Below are positions 23,606-35,762 of a DNA stretch of 40,406 bases, piece by piece (the stretch's first letter is position 1; every line of letters begins with the position of its first letter). The notes under the pieces are model-generated. The model made no database searches, was not told the DNA's origin, and saw nothing but the letters and a program-made list of their open reading frames with translations. Source of the stretch: Dicyema japonicum (Eukaryota > Animalia > Dicyemida); contig RDEW01000018.1 of assembly GCA_011109175.1 (NCBI GenBank), positions 252,638 through 293,043 on the forward strand. The letters run 5' to 3'. A program made the translations under genes and the position numbers.

Positions 23606-26150
23606 CTAGGACGACAGAATAGCGAAGGCGTTACCTTTGATAATCGCAATTTCGAGCTTCTTCCTCAACCAGAGCCTCTCCCCTGGCTCACACCTTTTTG
23701 AGGCGAGTTTGCTTCCAATGCTGGAGAGAAAGGCGTCCGTCTTCGCTCCCACGGTTCTAGTTGTCTCCACAGCAATGGGGGTGAACTGGTATTGGCCTCC
23801 GAGGGATTCGTATTTATAGATCTTCTTGGCCTCCGTCTGGTCGGCTGCGTCTCCAGGAGAGTGCGTCGCCGTCAGCGATCTGGCCCCTGAGAAAGTGTCC
23901 ACACATGTTGCGTTTCAGACGAGTATTTTCCGTGGGAGTATGGGAATAACGTCATGCCGTCCGGCCTCTTCCCGTCGCCTCTGTCTAAGCCCAAAGGTTC
24001 CAATTGGGCCGGAAATCCCGCGCCTTGAGGGCTCGAAAAATGATGTCATTGAGGGCTGCGTGACGCGGAGTTCGACCAGCGTTTCGTCGGCAAGAGAGTG
24101 GATGTAAGCCTTTCGTATCAACGTCCCCGCCGCAACGGCATTTGTGTCTCTGGCATATGTCCAGTCCTAGGCGCAGTGCCACCCGATCCTCAGACTGTTT
24201 TCGTCAAGGAAGGTCTCCAGATGTGGGCACGGTAGGGCCTCGAGCCAGACTACATTTCCGCGATGTGCGGCCGACTTAATGCTTGCTAGTTGGCGCTTGT
24301 CTTGCGGCCTCCAGAGTGCTCATATATGAAATTGAGTCCCAACTCTTCAGGCAAACAAGTTCGACGGGAGTTCCAAGCCAACTCCCCACAACTTGCTAAC
24401 TCTATCAGGCTCCGAGTCCAAGGTATGTCCGGTTGCGTTACGTTGGACTGCTTGGGCCAAGCGACTGCAGCTCGCAAGGGATGAAAAGTAGGCAGGCAGG
24501 GCGGCTCAAGGGGGATCTTAACCCAATGCCCCATTTCTCGCAGGTAGTTTGCACATTGTCAAGCCAGATCATCGAATTTTACATTCAGTATTGATTCCGC
24601 CGATCGTCTCAGAGTCCGATCAGCCGACAATAGTGCTCTCCGGTGTTCAAAACATGGTGAACATCTCAAAATGTACATCATCTTCGACATTGAAATACAT
24701 TTCTTGAGCAAAAAGAAAGACACGTGTGGATCCAAAGATGATACTCTCTTTGTAAAGGCTTCAACTTCAATATCTTACTGGTAAGATTGTTTTCCAGCTC
24801 ATCGTTTCCGAGAGGGCAGCCGAGGAAGTGTGTCTTGTCCAAGGAGGATGTGCTGAAACCTGGAAGTAGGGATCTGAATTCTTGGCAGGCAGTAGAAAAG
24901 CTTAGAGATGAGCAGGAAATATTGATCAGTTCCGATTTCATAACATTGACACTTAAACCCAATTGGTTTAGAGCTGGAATGGTTGAAGAAATATCCTGAT
25001 ATATATTCTCCATGGGCCAGCTATTGTGGCTTCTAAGCACCACAGGTTGAGTTCGTTTATGTTTCGTGCCACTGTGTCAATGGTCATTGCAAAAAGCAAA
25101 GGCCCTTAAGGGTTTCCCTGCTGAACGCCTGTGCGCGAATAAAAGATATCGCTTCCGTAAACTAATGCTGAGTCCGTCCCATACGATAAGTGTACTAGTC
25201 AGCCAATCTCTGGAGCTCTCTGCCAACAGGTTTCCAAAATACAGTCTCTCCCCAGCGAGTTGAAGGCATTTGATATATCAAGCTTCAGGCCTAACCTTTG
25301 GTCTAAGAATTATTGTTGTTGAAGTAACTCCTCACGGCGTGGACTGGTGCCTCGCAACCACCGGTCACTCCCACCCAAGTTGAGTCGGGAGCAGCTCTTC
25401 AGCAATATTGTGGGTGACTCTCCGGGCAGCGATTTTAGCAGCAAGCCTTCGAAAGTATGTACCGATCGCAATTGGGCGGACACCTCTATCTCCTTTTCGG
25501 AATGCCAATAGATGTCCACAAAAAAAGATCTCTAGCAAATTTTAGAATATCACTATTAACTATTCGAGAGAGCAGCAAGGTGATAGACGTTAACAAGGCA
25601 CGGCCGGCTTCAGCAGTAGCTTCGGAAGTTAGGTCCTTTACGTGGTTTGGGCACAGTCCGTCCAGACCTCCGCAGCTACTGGGAGCAAAAGAATTTATTC
25701 CACACTACTTCGAATTCTGTGGGAGTAAATACAGGGAGGTCTTTTGGCATTGTCATGTTCCAATGGTTCGGTGGTGGAGCAGGGTGCTTTCTTCTCAGTA
25801 TCATCAAGAGTTTTCGGCACGACTTCAACAGTGCTTCGTCACAAGAGACTACTTTTACAGCTGGTCGAATGTCCCCTTCAATCGATTTTCGGTTCACTCT
25901 TTCTTAAAATGTCTTAGACTCTTTCTCTTTACACTCAGCTTCTGTATACAACTTTTTACGCCGAAGTACTTACTCAGGCTCGATTCCTGAGTTTTGCTGC
26001 GTTGAAGTGTCCAAAAAGGCAGAAGTATTCTTCTTGATTTTTGAGGCCAGTGATCCGTTGGAGCTTGCTCTGAGGCAGAAATTCCTAGGGTCATAGGTGC
26101 AAAGCTCAGTAGACGTATCCAAGAGGCCTGGTCGCTGTTACTGATGGCTT
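23606..26150 (-). mobile_element. Longest CRE-type non-LTR retrotransposon remnant (RT + zinc knuckle + RLE), multiply frameshifted
   Basis: [128 protein letters not shown]. Confidence 0.9.
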
Positions 26151-28019
26151 TATAAATTAATGACGTAGGAATTCAGCATCGGGAATTCGAGCGGCCTTAA
26201 ATTTTGCCTTAACAAAATAATAAATGACGTCATTGTACTTATTCAACTTATTAAATTCTCACTGTTCAAATTTAATGACGTCATTCCCACTAGTTAGCAT
26301 TATTAACCCACAATTAATATATTTAACCGCAACAAACACAAATATATAATTTTATCAGTCAACCTGAATGATAAACTCAAACTTCTACAATTACCAGTAG
26401 AGGGTAATTATGCTGCCCCTGATAACAAATCAGTGCATTAAAATAGGTCAAACTAAAAGACCCTGCCAATAACAACCGAATAACAACTTTAACCCTAAAT
26501 TAACATAAACAGTCAGAGAATTTCTGCAGATGCAATTTCTTAACCAAATCAGTACTATATAATTGAAATTTAGATTAAAATTGAGACTAAGCAAGTTAAA
26601 GAGGCTAGAGAGTATAGCATAGACTAGTTATGTCGCTACCAACGAATGGTAGGAAATAAATCATCGAAATAATCCATGGCGGGCTTGTGAAGTCGAACTT
26701 TATATCTTTATTTTTCTTAAATATATTTATTACTCGAACGCAGGTCTACCGCTGTTCTATAAACATTAAATTTAAATAAATTACTTCTAAAGTTGAAGAC
26801 TGTAAGGAATCTCTATGCTGCTGAAATTCATGCATAAATAAATCATTAAAACTACATTATTCTGTGATTTGGGCTCTCCGTAGTATTTTCTCTTAACCAT
26901 CACTATTTAGTTTAAATGGACATTTATTTATTCAATTTAGGTTTTCCATCCTCAAAATATTAACTAATATTAAATAAATTTAACTTCCAAATAATAAAAA
27001 TCACAATTTATAGATAAAGTCGACACTCGCAAATTGGCCATTTATGGTTTCTTAGAATTTTATGGCCAATTGAAAAAATAAAATCAATAATTTTGAAGAA
27101 CAATGAACAAAGAATTTTGTGGCCAATTATTGTTATTAAACCAAGGCTTACAATGGTAAACCCAGCACAAACAGTCATAACTAATTAACTCAAGGAAGGA
27201 ATCAAAGGAAAAACATCTGTCTGCGCCGACCAAATTCACCTTCCAATACTTTACTGGGAGAAAGGTAGGAAGGGACTTGTTTGACAAGAATTGACCTTCA
27301 CTGAAAACTTCATCTTTCGGATCCAATGTATTCAGACAAAGAGCAAAGAGGCCATTTGAAAAAAATAAAATTAATGAACAAAGAATTTGAAAAAGCCTTA
27401 AAAAATTAAAATTAAGAAAATTTCCAAAGACCAAGGGTAACCAAACGGACTAACTCCTCGATCCTGACTCGTTCCAGCATTCCAGAACTTGTCACCAGGT
27501 AACGACGTTGTCCCCGGGGAAGAATTGTTGGATCCTCTTGATGCCGGTCAGGCATTGGTCGCCTCTTCAGTAAGGTGGATCCAGTGACGTCTCTGTTGTA
27601 CATTTTCATAAGGTGAGTTTCTGATCTTCTGGGGTTAACAATTTCATTTTATCTTGGATAGGTCATCGTTGAGTTATGCCGGTATAGTTATTCTTGAATA
27701 ATATCTTATAGCGTATGTGTAAAAGATTGCAAATCAGAACGTGGAACATTTAAAAGAGCTTCCACCAATTTTCGAGAATTTCCTCTCATATTTTCCAGAT
27801 TTTGTAGAAAGAATATAATCTCTGATTGAAGACCTTCTTGATCACTACTTCTTGATCACTGCCTCTCAGCGTCTCTTTGCAGTTCATTAGATGGAACAAG
27901 TTCATTTTGGCAAGTTCAATTCTGGGTATTCTGCACGTGGTGGTTAGGATGACCTCCCAGGGTGCAATCATCCAAATACCACACGTTCAGCGGAGTAGTA
28001 AGGCATCTCATGACACGGT

Positions 28020-28115
28020 CGACACCGAGGCAGAACAATGCCGGTCCTAGTGGGTCTCCTTGCTGAACTCCACACGACGAGGGAATGAAGTATTTCCCAT
28101 GTACAAGACTGGACG
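28020..28115 (-). mobile_element. CRE-type RT motif fragment
   Basis: IPSSCGVQQGDPLGPALFCLGV. Confidence 0.7.
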
Positions 28116-28543
28116 GTTTAAGATAATTATTTCAAATTTTGAATTATGATAGAAATTCGGTATTTTACTTGGATTTAAATAATGCACTTTACGAGGACCC
28201 ATATTAGCTATCGATTCTCCCAGGCAGCAAACACAATTTATTTTATGTAAAGAACATCATAACTATGGCAATTTTCTGCCATAGAATGCCATTTTAAAAA
28301 AGGGTCATTTTCATTAATGAGTTTTTTTTAAAGACAATTAATTATAACACAAAATCGAACAGTTAGCAACTGCTGGCTGCTCTCATAATTGAAAACGCGT
28401 TTATTGAGCCAGCTCCTTTCTCTCTTATCGTTTTTCTTCACGATGAGCGAGCCGATCCTGTTTAGAAGCGTCAGTGACCTGCTTCCAACTATTCCTTTCG
28501 AATGCCACTGGTTCGAAGATGAATTGTCCTCCAAGACATGCGT

Positions 28544-29247
28544 ACTCTCAGACTAATATTTTCTCACATTGATATCTTGCTTGACCAAATCAGTTGTAGG
28601 TTACTCCGACTCTCAGACTAATATTTCTCACATTGATATCTTGCTTGACCAAATCAGTTGTAGGTTAGTCCGACTCTCAGACTAATATTTCTCACATTGA
28701 TATCTTGCTTGACCAAATCAGTTGTAGTTAGTCCGACTCTCAGACTATTATTTCTCACATTGATATCTTGCTTGACCAAATCAGTTGTAGGTTAGTCCGA
28801 CTCTCAGACTAATATTTCTCACATTGATATCTTGCTTGACCAAATCAGTTGTAGGTTAGTCCGACTCTCAGACTATATTTCTCACATTGATATCTTGCTT
28901 GACCAAATCAGTTGTAGGTTAGTCCGACTCTCAGACTAATATTTCTCACATTGATATCTTGCTTGACCAAATCAGTTGTAGGTTAGTCCGACTCTCAGAC
29001 TAATATTTCTCACATTGATATCTTGCTTGACCAAATCAGTTGTAGGTTAGTCCGACTCTCAGACTAATATTTCTCACATTGATATCTTGCTTGACCAAAT
29101 CAGTTGTAGGTTAGTCCGACTCTCAGACTAATATTTCTCACATTGATATTTTGCTTGACCAAATCAGTTGTAGGTTAGTCCGACTCTCAGACTAATATTT
29201 CTCACATTGATATCTTGCTTGACCAAATCAGAGTTGTAGGTTACTCA
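28544..29247. repeat. 64-bp minisatellite, about 11 near-identical copies
   Basis: Unit actctcagactaatatttctcacattgatatcttgcttgaccaaatcagttgtaggttagtccg (starts at 28991 and 29055); no spacers. Confidence 0.97.
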
Positions 29248-29684
29248 ATTGTCTTACTGTTTCTTCTTCTTAAAGTAACCTGCCTGGTTTCTTAGTTTTC
29301 CTTCAGGATTCGTGCCAGTGACAGAACAGTAGATCACAAGATAGAAACACCATCAAACACTCTGAAACCTTAATTCACCTAAATGCGCGAAGAGTGCTCG
29401 ATGTATTGTTGATTATATAGTTTTCCATATTTCACGAGCTTGTGTGGGCTCAAATGAGAAACGGAGCTATGCTGAGGGCTCTACTTCCCCTCTTTCCCAG
29501 ATACTCAAACTATTTTTTTCGCATTGTGTCGATACTGAATGGAATTTTTAGTAATCCGGAAGATTCACTTTGCAGCATGTTTCGCCTGCCTTAATCCTAC
29601 ACAGGGAAGTACAACACTCACAGTAACGAGGATTATATAAATTTTTTTTATTAATGACAATTTATTGAAGAATAAAACCAAATA

Positions 29685-30020
29685 GTTAAAGGCTACTGGC
29701 TGCTCTCAGGATTGAGAGCGCATTTCCCCTTACGATCTGTAAGGAGATGCGCTCAATGAGCCAGCCCTTCTCTTCTGATATCCCTCCTCCTTTTAGCGAC
29801 TAACGATCCAATTTTGTTGAGCAGGGTTAACGACCTGCTTCCTATGACTCCCGAAGTTTCAACTGAGACTGGTTCAAATGTGTACTGCTCGCCGAGGCAC
29901 GTGTACTTCTTTGCTTTAAGTATTTCTGCTTTCTCTGCAGCTGAGCCTGAATTTGTCCCACTCATTGTAATATTGGAAGGGGAGAAGCTATCTACGCAGG
30001 TGGCATCCCAGGCCAGGTAT
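29685..30020 (-). mobile_element. CRE-type RLE 3' fragment
   Basis: YLAWDATCVDSFS..AAEKAEILKAKKY..FEPVSVETSG..ERISLQIVRGNALSILRAAS. Confidence 0.85.
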
Positions 30021-30539
30021 ACAAATTAAATAAAGAAAAACCAGTATTGACGATAATTTCATCAACTTTATATGAATAAAGTCATGAATAGTTTGCGGAT
30101 TTGTAGGTATCAATTAATGAAATATTTTTATCATTTGTCATAGTTTTGCTTTAGGTTTTGCAGAATTCAAGATCTTTTCCTAATGATTAAAGGAGCTTGC
30201 TTACATGTGTTCTAATAAGCGAGATTGAATAATCGCTTCGTTAGAAAACTCCACAACACACTTCATTAAGTGGATTATTTTGGAATTTGAATAAAAAATA
30301 AAGGTAAATAGTTCTCATTAAAAATTTTAGTCTAAATAGAATTTGCTCTAGTCAATTTCACCTAACATTTACCTCAGATCAATACAAACGCTTTGTAACA
30401 CAAAAAAAGATTCAAACACATCCTTTTATTTAAACAAGAAGATCCCTTACCAAGAAGATCTTTTTTGATTGAAACGGTGACGTCCCTCTATTGCACTCAT
30501 TTCGAATACGTGTTTGAATGATTTTTTTGGTTTTCTACC

Positions 30540-31090
30540 TCACCTTCAACGCCAGGGGCTTTAATGACTGGTCGAAGAGGCACCAACTATGTCTGGACCT
30601 TGAGAAGATATTTAGTCTGTTGTTTCCAAAAGACAAAAATCAGAAGAGGACTTGAAGAACGTTCTGGAAACTATAGAGTATCCTACTTTTATCGGACTGC
30701 AAATTCTACGGACAGACTTTCGCTGTGCACAAGGATTTACTTTTATGATTAAATCGCTAAATGATCGGATTAATGTCATTCAATTACTTATTGGAATCTA
30801 GACAACTAATCTCCATCGTGATAGTGTACGCCCCCACAAAGTTGGTGCGTTTCTAAAGACCCGGAGGAATTGGACGCTTTCTACTAAGAACTTCCCAAGA
30901 TTCTATCTCACATAAAGTCTTCCTTATTCATCTTTATTGCGGGAGATTGGAATGCTAAATTTGGAGTACGAAAAGGATACGAACGATTTATTTGACGACT
31001 GGGAAGGGGGATCAGGAACTATCTTGGCTCAGCTCTAGCATATTCATGCGATGCTTTTAACTTGTTCATGTGCAACACCCAATTCTTGGG
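30540..31090 (+). mobile_element. RTE-like AP endonuclease remnant
   Basis: TFNARG, IVIVYAPT, EELDAFY, FIAGDWNAKFG, GRGIRN..G..L..FNLFMCNTQF. Confidence 0.75.
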
Positions 31091-31419
31091 CTTGTCAGCA
31101 GACTGCAAACAGAATATCAAAATAGAGTTTAAAAATTTGGTTACATATTTCCTATTTGGTCGTCTTTGATGTTCCTCTATCACATCAACCTACTCTTATT
31201 ATCGACAACTTCCCAATGGGGACTCTCAACGTAAACTACATTGTTTCGTCACAACATCGTAATAAAAACTTTTCTTCAGCTATGATAAACTTAATGGAGC
31301 ACAATTTGTTTTGAAAAAAAATGACTTTGTTCTTAAACTACTAAAATTACTAAATTGACTAGAGTTTAGCTCAATATAACAATTTCGGAGCAATTTATTT
31401 TATTAACCCCTATATAATC

Positions 31420-31830
31420 ATACGAGTGTTCACAAATATAAAGAAATTTGTTCTACTACTTCAAAGATCTAAAATATTAGGAGTGTCTACCTCTAGCTGA
31501 ACCGCTTAGATAAACTAAAACTTGTTTCTTCAGTTCCTCGCGTATTTTTCGTTTATAATTTTGTACTTTGAAACCTATTAATTAGATTCTAATTACCGCC
31601 CCCTTGTTTTAATATAATCATTTCTGAGCAAATTTTATATGTCTTCTTCCTCTTCACCAGACATCGATACTCCATGCCTCTCCTCAGCTTGCATACTCTC
31701 CAAAGTTTTCCATAACACAAGGGTTTGTATATAAGCTTTGACCATCTCCTCCACTTTGAGGTGAGCAATATAGCTATATTTCTGAGTAATATGTAGATAA
31801 ATTTTATTATCCTTAGAACATTATAAAAGG
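31420..31830 (-). pseudogene. Unknown repeated protein family, copy 3 (not in the ORF track)
   Basis: QKYSYIAHLKVEEMVKAYIQTLVLWKTLESMQAEERHGV..YIKTRG; internal stops. Confidence 0.55.
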
Positions 31831-31959
31831 AGGAGTTAAACCCACTAATTAAGTGATTTTAATTTCTCGAACAAATACAAACAACTTGCGATGCTCCGCC
31901 CATGTTCCTACTGCCTTCTCTTAAAACTATCCAACTTATTGTTTATTTAAAAATAAGGA

Positions 31960-32203
31960 AACAGTCAACTGAAATCTTACAGAGGTCAAAATTAGCAAAG
32001 TACGCGGTCCTACCCGATGATCTTCTGTTTGTTTCACACGTGGTTGAATCGTTTGGTTCCCTTGCACCTGCGATTCTAGGATTCTAGGGAATCGGATTTC
32101 CACACAAACAGGAGATCCCCGTGGGTGTTGCTGGCTATTTGAGAGAATCTCGCTCGTCATCCTGATAGGGAATAGCCACGCAATCAGAGCAGCCGCTGCA
32201 TAA
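31960..32203 (+). mobile_element. CRE-type RLE 3' fragment
   Basis: KLAKYAVL..FVSHVVESFG..TGDPR..WLFERISLVILIGNSHAIRAAAA*. Confidence 0.75.
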
Positions 32204-33171
32204 CCATCGGCTAATTGTTTCTTTACTTAAAAATTAAAGGAAAATGCAAGTTAAAATCGAATTGAGTCATTAAATTTAATTAAGACCATTCTACCTTTAA
32301 ATTATATGAGATACCGAAAATACAAATTTGTGTAATTATTATTGACTATAATCACACATTGGTGTTAAATATTAGTTAATAATCAAAACGAATCTAGGAC
32401 AGTTTTGAACTCAAATTAGGATTGTAGCATGAATTGGCCAGTTCTCCCTATTGGGGGAGCAAACTGCAGGTAGTATAAAACCGATGCCTTAGAATATTAT
32501 TCAGATCATCCAAACAGACTCTCACATTGATGCTATAAAAAATAGTAAACGTCACACTAATCATGGAATATCTCACGGAACAATAGCGAGACTTCCTCAA
32601 AATAGCCAAGTCTCCTGAACAATCAGATTATATATGGAAGCCTGCCCAGATAGAAGAAACCTTCCCCATGGGGAGGATTAATCCAAGATTCCAAAACCAA
32701 CCATAGGTGTTTGGTATGGACACTAGAATTACTTAATTCATATGATTACTTTTACCCCCATTCTTGTGGTTTCGGTGTTATTAATTAGATAAAGAATTAA
32801 ATTATATTTATTGACTTTATGCAAATTTTAAATATTTAGCAGACAAACAATTAAAAGCGAATCTGTTATTTCAAATTTAGTAATTTAAATTCTAATATCT
32901 ATTTAATGGTCTGTAAATGTCAATAACGACGGCAATTCTATCCTTATAAAACTTACGCAGAATATTTGTGATATATCAAGTATGGGTGGTTTACTTTTAT
33001 TTTTATAAAGTAGGTATACAATTTAAAAATAATAATTATTATTTTGAAGAAGAGGATGATTTTTCGGTATTTTATTTTAAAATATAATTAAATTGATAAA
33101 TTATGTCATTTTATATAACTTTGAATTTTATGATGAGATTTTTATTTTATTCATTTAAATTATTAACTTAG

Positions 33172-33775
33172 ATGGATTATCAAGAGCAGAATCTTTCTCT
33201 CATTGAGGAAGAATTCCAATTATCAGAGGTTCCTATATTTCTTTATTTCTAGATAAAGAGACTAAACCACAACGAGACTGAAAGAGAGCGACGGAATAGA
33301 ATTAAGATTGGCTTCGATAATCTACAAAAAATAATTCCCTCAAAACGGAAAAGAGTAATTATTTTACATAAATTAGATGGCTCGTACTCTTATTCTGAAA
33401 AGAACTACTGAATACATAACATATCTGAGCAATATTTTGATGGAAATAATTGATATCGGCCCTGATATAGACTCTTTGGTCCATAAAAGCAATGGTAATA
33501 CTTACCCCCTAATTATATATATATATATATATTAATTTTACTTTTAAGGTGCAAAACCCGGAGACGAAACCTGCAGAAAATATGAGTTTTATGACCAATA
33601 TATTAAAACACTTTATCCCGATAATGGGTTCCTTAAAAATAATCCTGAACAATCCCGTAGGACTTACAACAAAAACTCCGAACCGTTAGATGAGAAAGTT
33701 TTGAGTTATCCATGTGATCCTGAATTCAACCGACTTTTTAACTCTGAGATCATCGATAATGAGTTTCTCAATTAA
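33172..33775 (+). CDS. Myc/Max/Mad-type bHLH transcription factor (at least 167 aa; may extend 5' to about 32906)
   Basis: Introns 33229-52 (24 nt), 33355-76 (22 nt), 33495-548 (54 nt) give RLNHNETERERRNRIKIGFDNLQKIIPSKRKRMARTLILKRTTEYITYL; possible upstream exons 32961-85 and 33014-66 are in phase. Confidence 0.85.
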
Positions 33776-34381
33776 ATTTTTTTTTACTTTTTTAATTTTT
33801 AATAATTATTTTGTTAATTTACTATTAAATTCAGTACTGAAGTTTTATTGGAATTTTTTTTCTTCTAATTTATGCGCAAGTCGCTATGAACATGGACATT
33901 GACAAGATTTAGTTAAAACCTTTGAATACTCGATATTTGAGTGATTGGTAATTTTTATCGCATAGTCTAATATTTTATTTAAATTTACAAAATAATTTTT
34001 TTAACAATTAAACAAATGTCAGTTGAGGAAGCTTGCTGCGTGGATTGCGAACGAGTTCCCTCGGNTCATCGATAATGAGTTTCTCAATTAAATTTTTTTT
34101 TACTTTTTTAATTTTTAATAATTATTTTGTTAATTTACTATTAATGTAAGGGCTGAAGTTTTATTGGAATTTTTTTTCTTCTAATTTATACGCAAGTCAC
34201 TATAGACATGGACATTGACAAGGTTTAGTTAAAACCTTTGGAAAATCGATATTTGACTAATTGGTAATTTTTATCACATAGTCTAATATTTTATTTAAAT
34301 TTACAAAATAATTTTTTTTAACAATTAAACAAATGTCAGTTGAGGAAGCTTGCTGCGTGGATTGCGAACGAGTTCCCTCGG
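33750..34381. repeat. About 315-bp tandem duplication joined by a single N at 34065, likely an assembly/haplotype overlap
   Basis: 33750-34064 vs 34066-34381 with scattered SNPs. Confidence 0.85.
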
Positions 34382-35065
34382 AGTATGGCTATTTCAATCT
34401 TTTGTCTTAGCCATAACTCTTCTTGTTGATCCCTTTTCTTTCTGGCAAACAATCCTCCGAGTTCTCGCAAGAACTCAGCCGTCATTGGACCAACGGCTCC
34501 TGATGATTCGGTCGCAACAGGAGTAAATCGGTAGCGATCCCCGAGGCAAGAATATTTCTTGATTTTTAGGTTCTTCGCAGTCGAAGCAGCCTTTTATTTA
34601 AATTGAAAACAATTTATTACGAAACTAGGCAATCAAAATAATCCAGTTAATAGAATGAAATGGCTGTTTCCCTTGACAACTGCTTGAGAAATTCTTTGGA
34701 ACAACCATTCGGTTTCCCGACGCTCATCACTAACTTTCGCAATTATTGACCCAAGCGATCTCAGAAAATAGACCGTCTTGGGTCAGAAGACTCCACTTGT
34801 CTCGACAACAACTGGCTGAACATGGAATTAGTGGATAGACTGTCGTATTTTTTTATTTTGAAATTCTCGAAAGTCCGAGCAACCTCCCAGCTTTCAACAC
34901 GGTACCATCAAGTATCGACAGGGAAAAGGTGTGGGTACAGGCCACATCCAAAATTAAGTATTTTTCCGAGAGAAGGGGAAGACAGTTACCTCATTTGGTC
35001 GCTTTCCATCTCCACGATCCAGGCCCACCGGTTCCAGAGACGACGGGAATCCAGTCGCCTCAAGA
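34337..35065 (-). mobile_element. Two adjacent CRE-type RLE 3' fragments (34337-34590, 34650-35065)
   Basis: KIKKYSCLGDRYRFTPVATESSG..AILRGNSFAI; [36 protein letters not shown]. Confidence 0.8.
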
Positions 35066-35762
35066 GAACGCTTTTTAAAAAAAATATTATTATTAATTTG
35101 AATTAGAAAATTATGATAAAAATGCCAGTTTTTTCAATTGGCACTACCTGCATTGGAAACAAATTTGTTGCAAAAAGCAACACTATTTAGTGACTTTCCA
35201 GAGACGACGGGAATCCAGTCGCCTCAAGAGAGCGCTTTTTAAAAAAATATTATTATTAATTTGAATTAGAAAATTATGATAAAAATGCCAGTTTTTTCAA
35301 TTGGCACTACCTGCATTGGAAACAAATTTGTTGCAAAAAGCAACACTATTTGATGACTCTGCAATCAGATTTTTCTTATCATCAATATCACTTATATTTT
35401 GCGATGTGTCGTTATTCACTTTCGAACACACAACTGATAGTTTTTGTTATTTTTTAAGGGATAAAATTATCGATCTACTATTGGATGATACGAAAAATAG
35501 AATTGTAAAAATATCGCTAAATTTGAAAGTGAATATTTGCTAATGTATTTCTACGTCAATTTTGTCGACGGGATCATTTTTGATTGATTTTTCGTGTTTT
35601 TAATACAAAACTAATGTAATTCGAAAACTAATTATTTTATATTGGATATTTACTAATGTATTTCTACGTCAATTTTGTCGACGGGATCATTTTTGATTGA
35701 TTTTTCGTGTTTTTAATACAAAACTAATGTAATTCGAAAACTAATTATTTTATATTGGATAT
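35032..35762. repeat. Two direct tandem duplications (period about 164 bp at 35032-35357; about 113 bp at 35540-35762)
   Basis: Near-exact repeated text. Confidence 0.85.
35300..35560 (-). pseudogene. Possible hAT-like transposase N-terminal (BED-like) remnant
   Basis: LSVVCSKVNNDTSQNISDIDDKK..AFCNKFVSNAGSAN..FYHNFL; weak similarity by eye only. Confidence 0.3.

Noticed and set aside
25457-25990. 177-aa plus-strand ORF and similar short ORFs in the track
   Set aside because: Antisense shadows of retrotransposon coding sequence
26350-26560. SAP-domain-like peptide LNDKLKLLQLPVEGN
   Set aside because: Short, interrupted by stops, and no consistent splice model
28544-29247. CRISPR array or hammerhead-ribozyme satellite
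   Set aside because: Units are contiguous with no unique spacers and no cas genes; minus-strand CTGAGAG and GAAA do not fit the hammerhead core and stems
32400-32760. Possible additional small gene upstream of the bHLH gene
   Set aside because: In-frame stops not removable by plausible micro-introns; no recognisable motif
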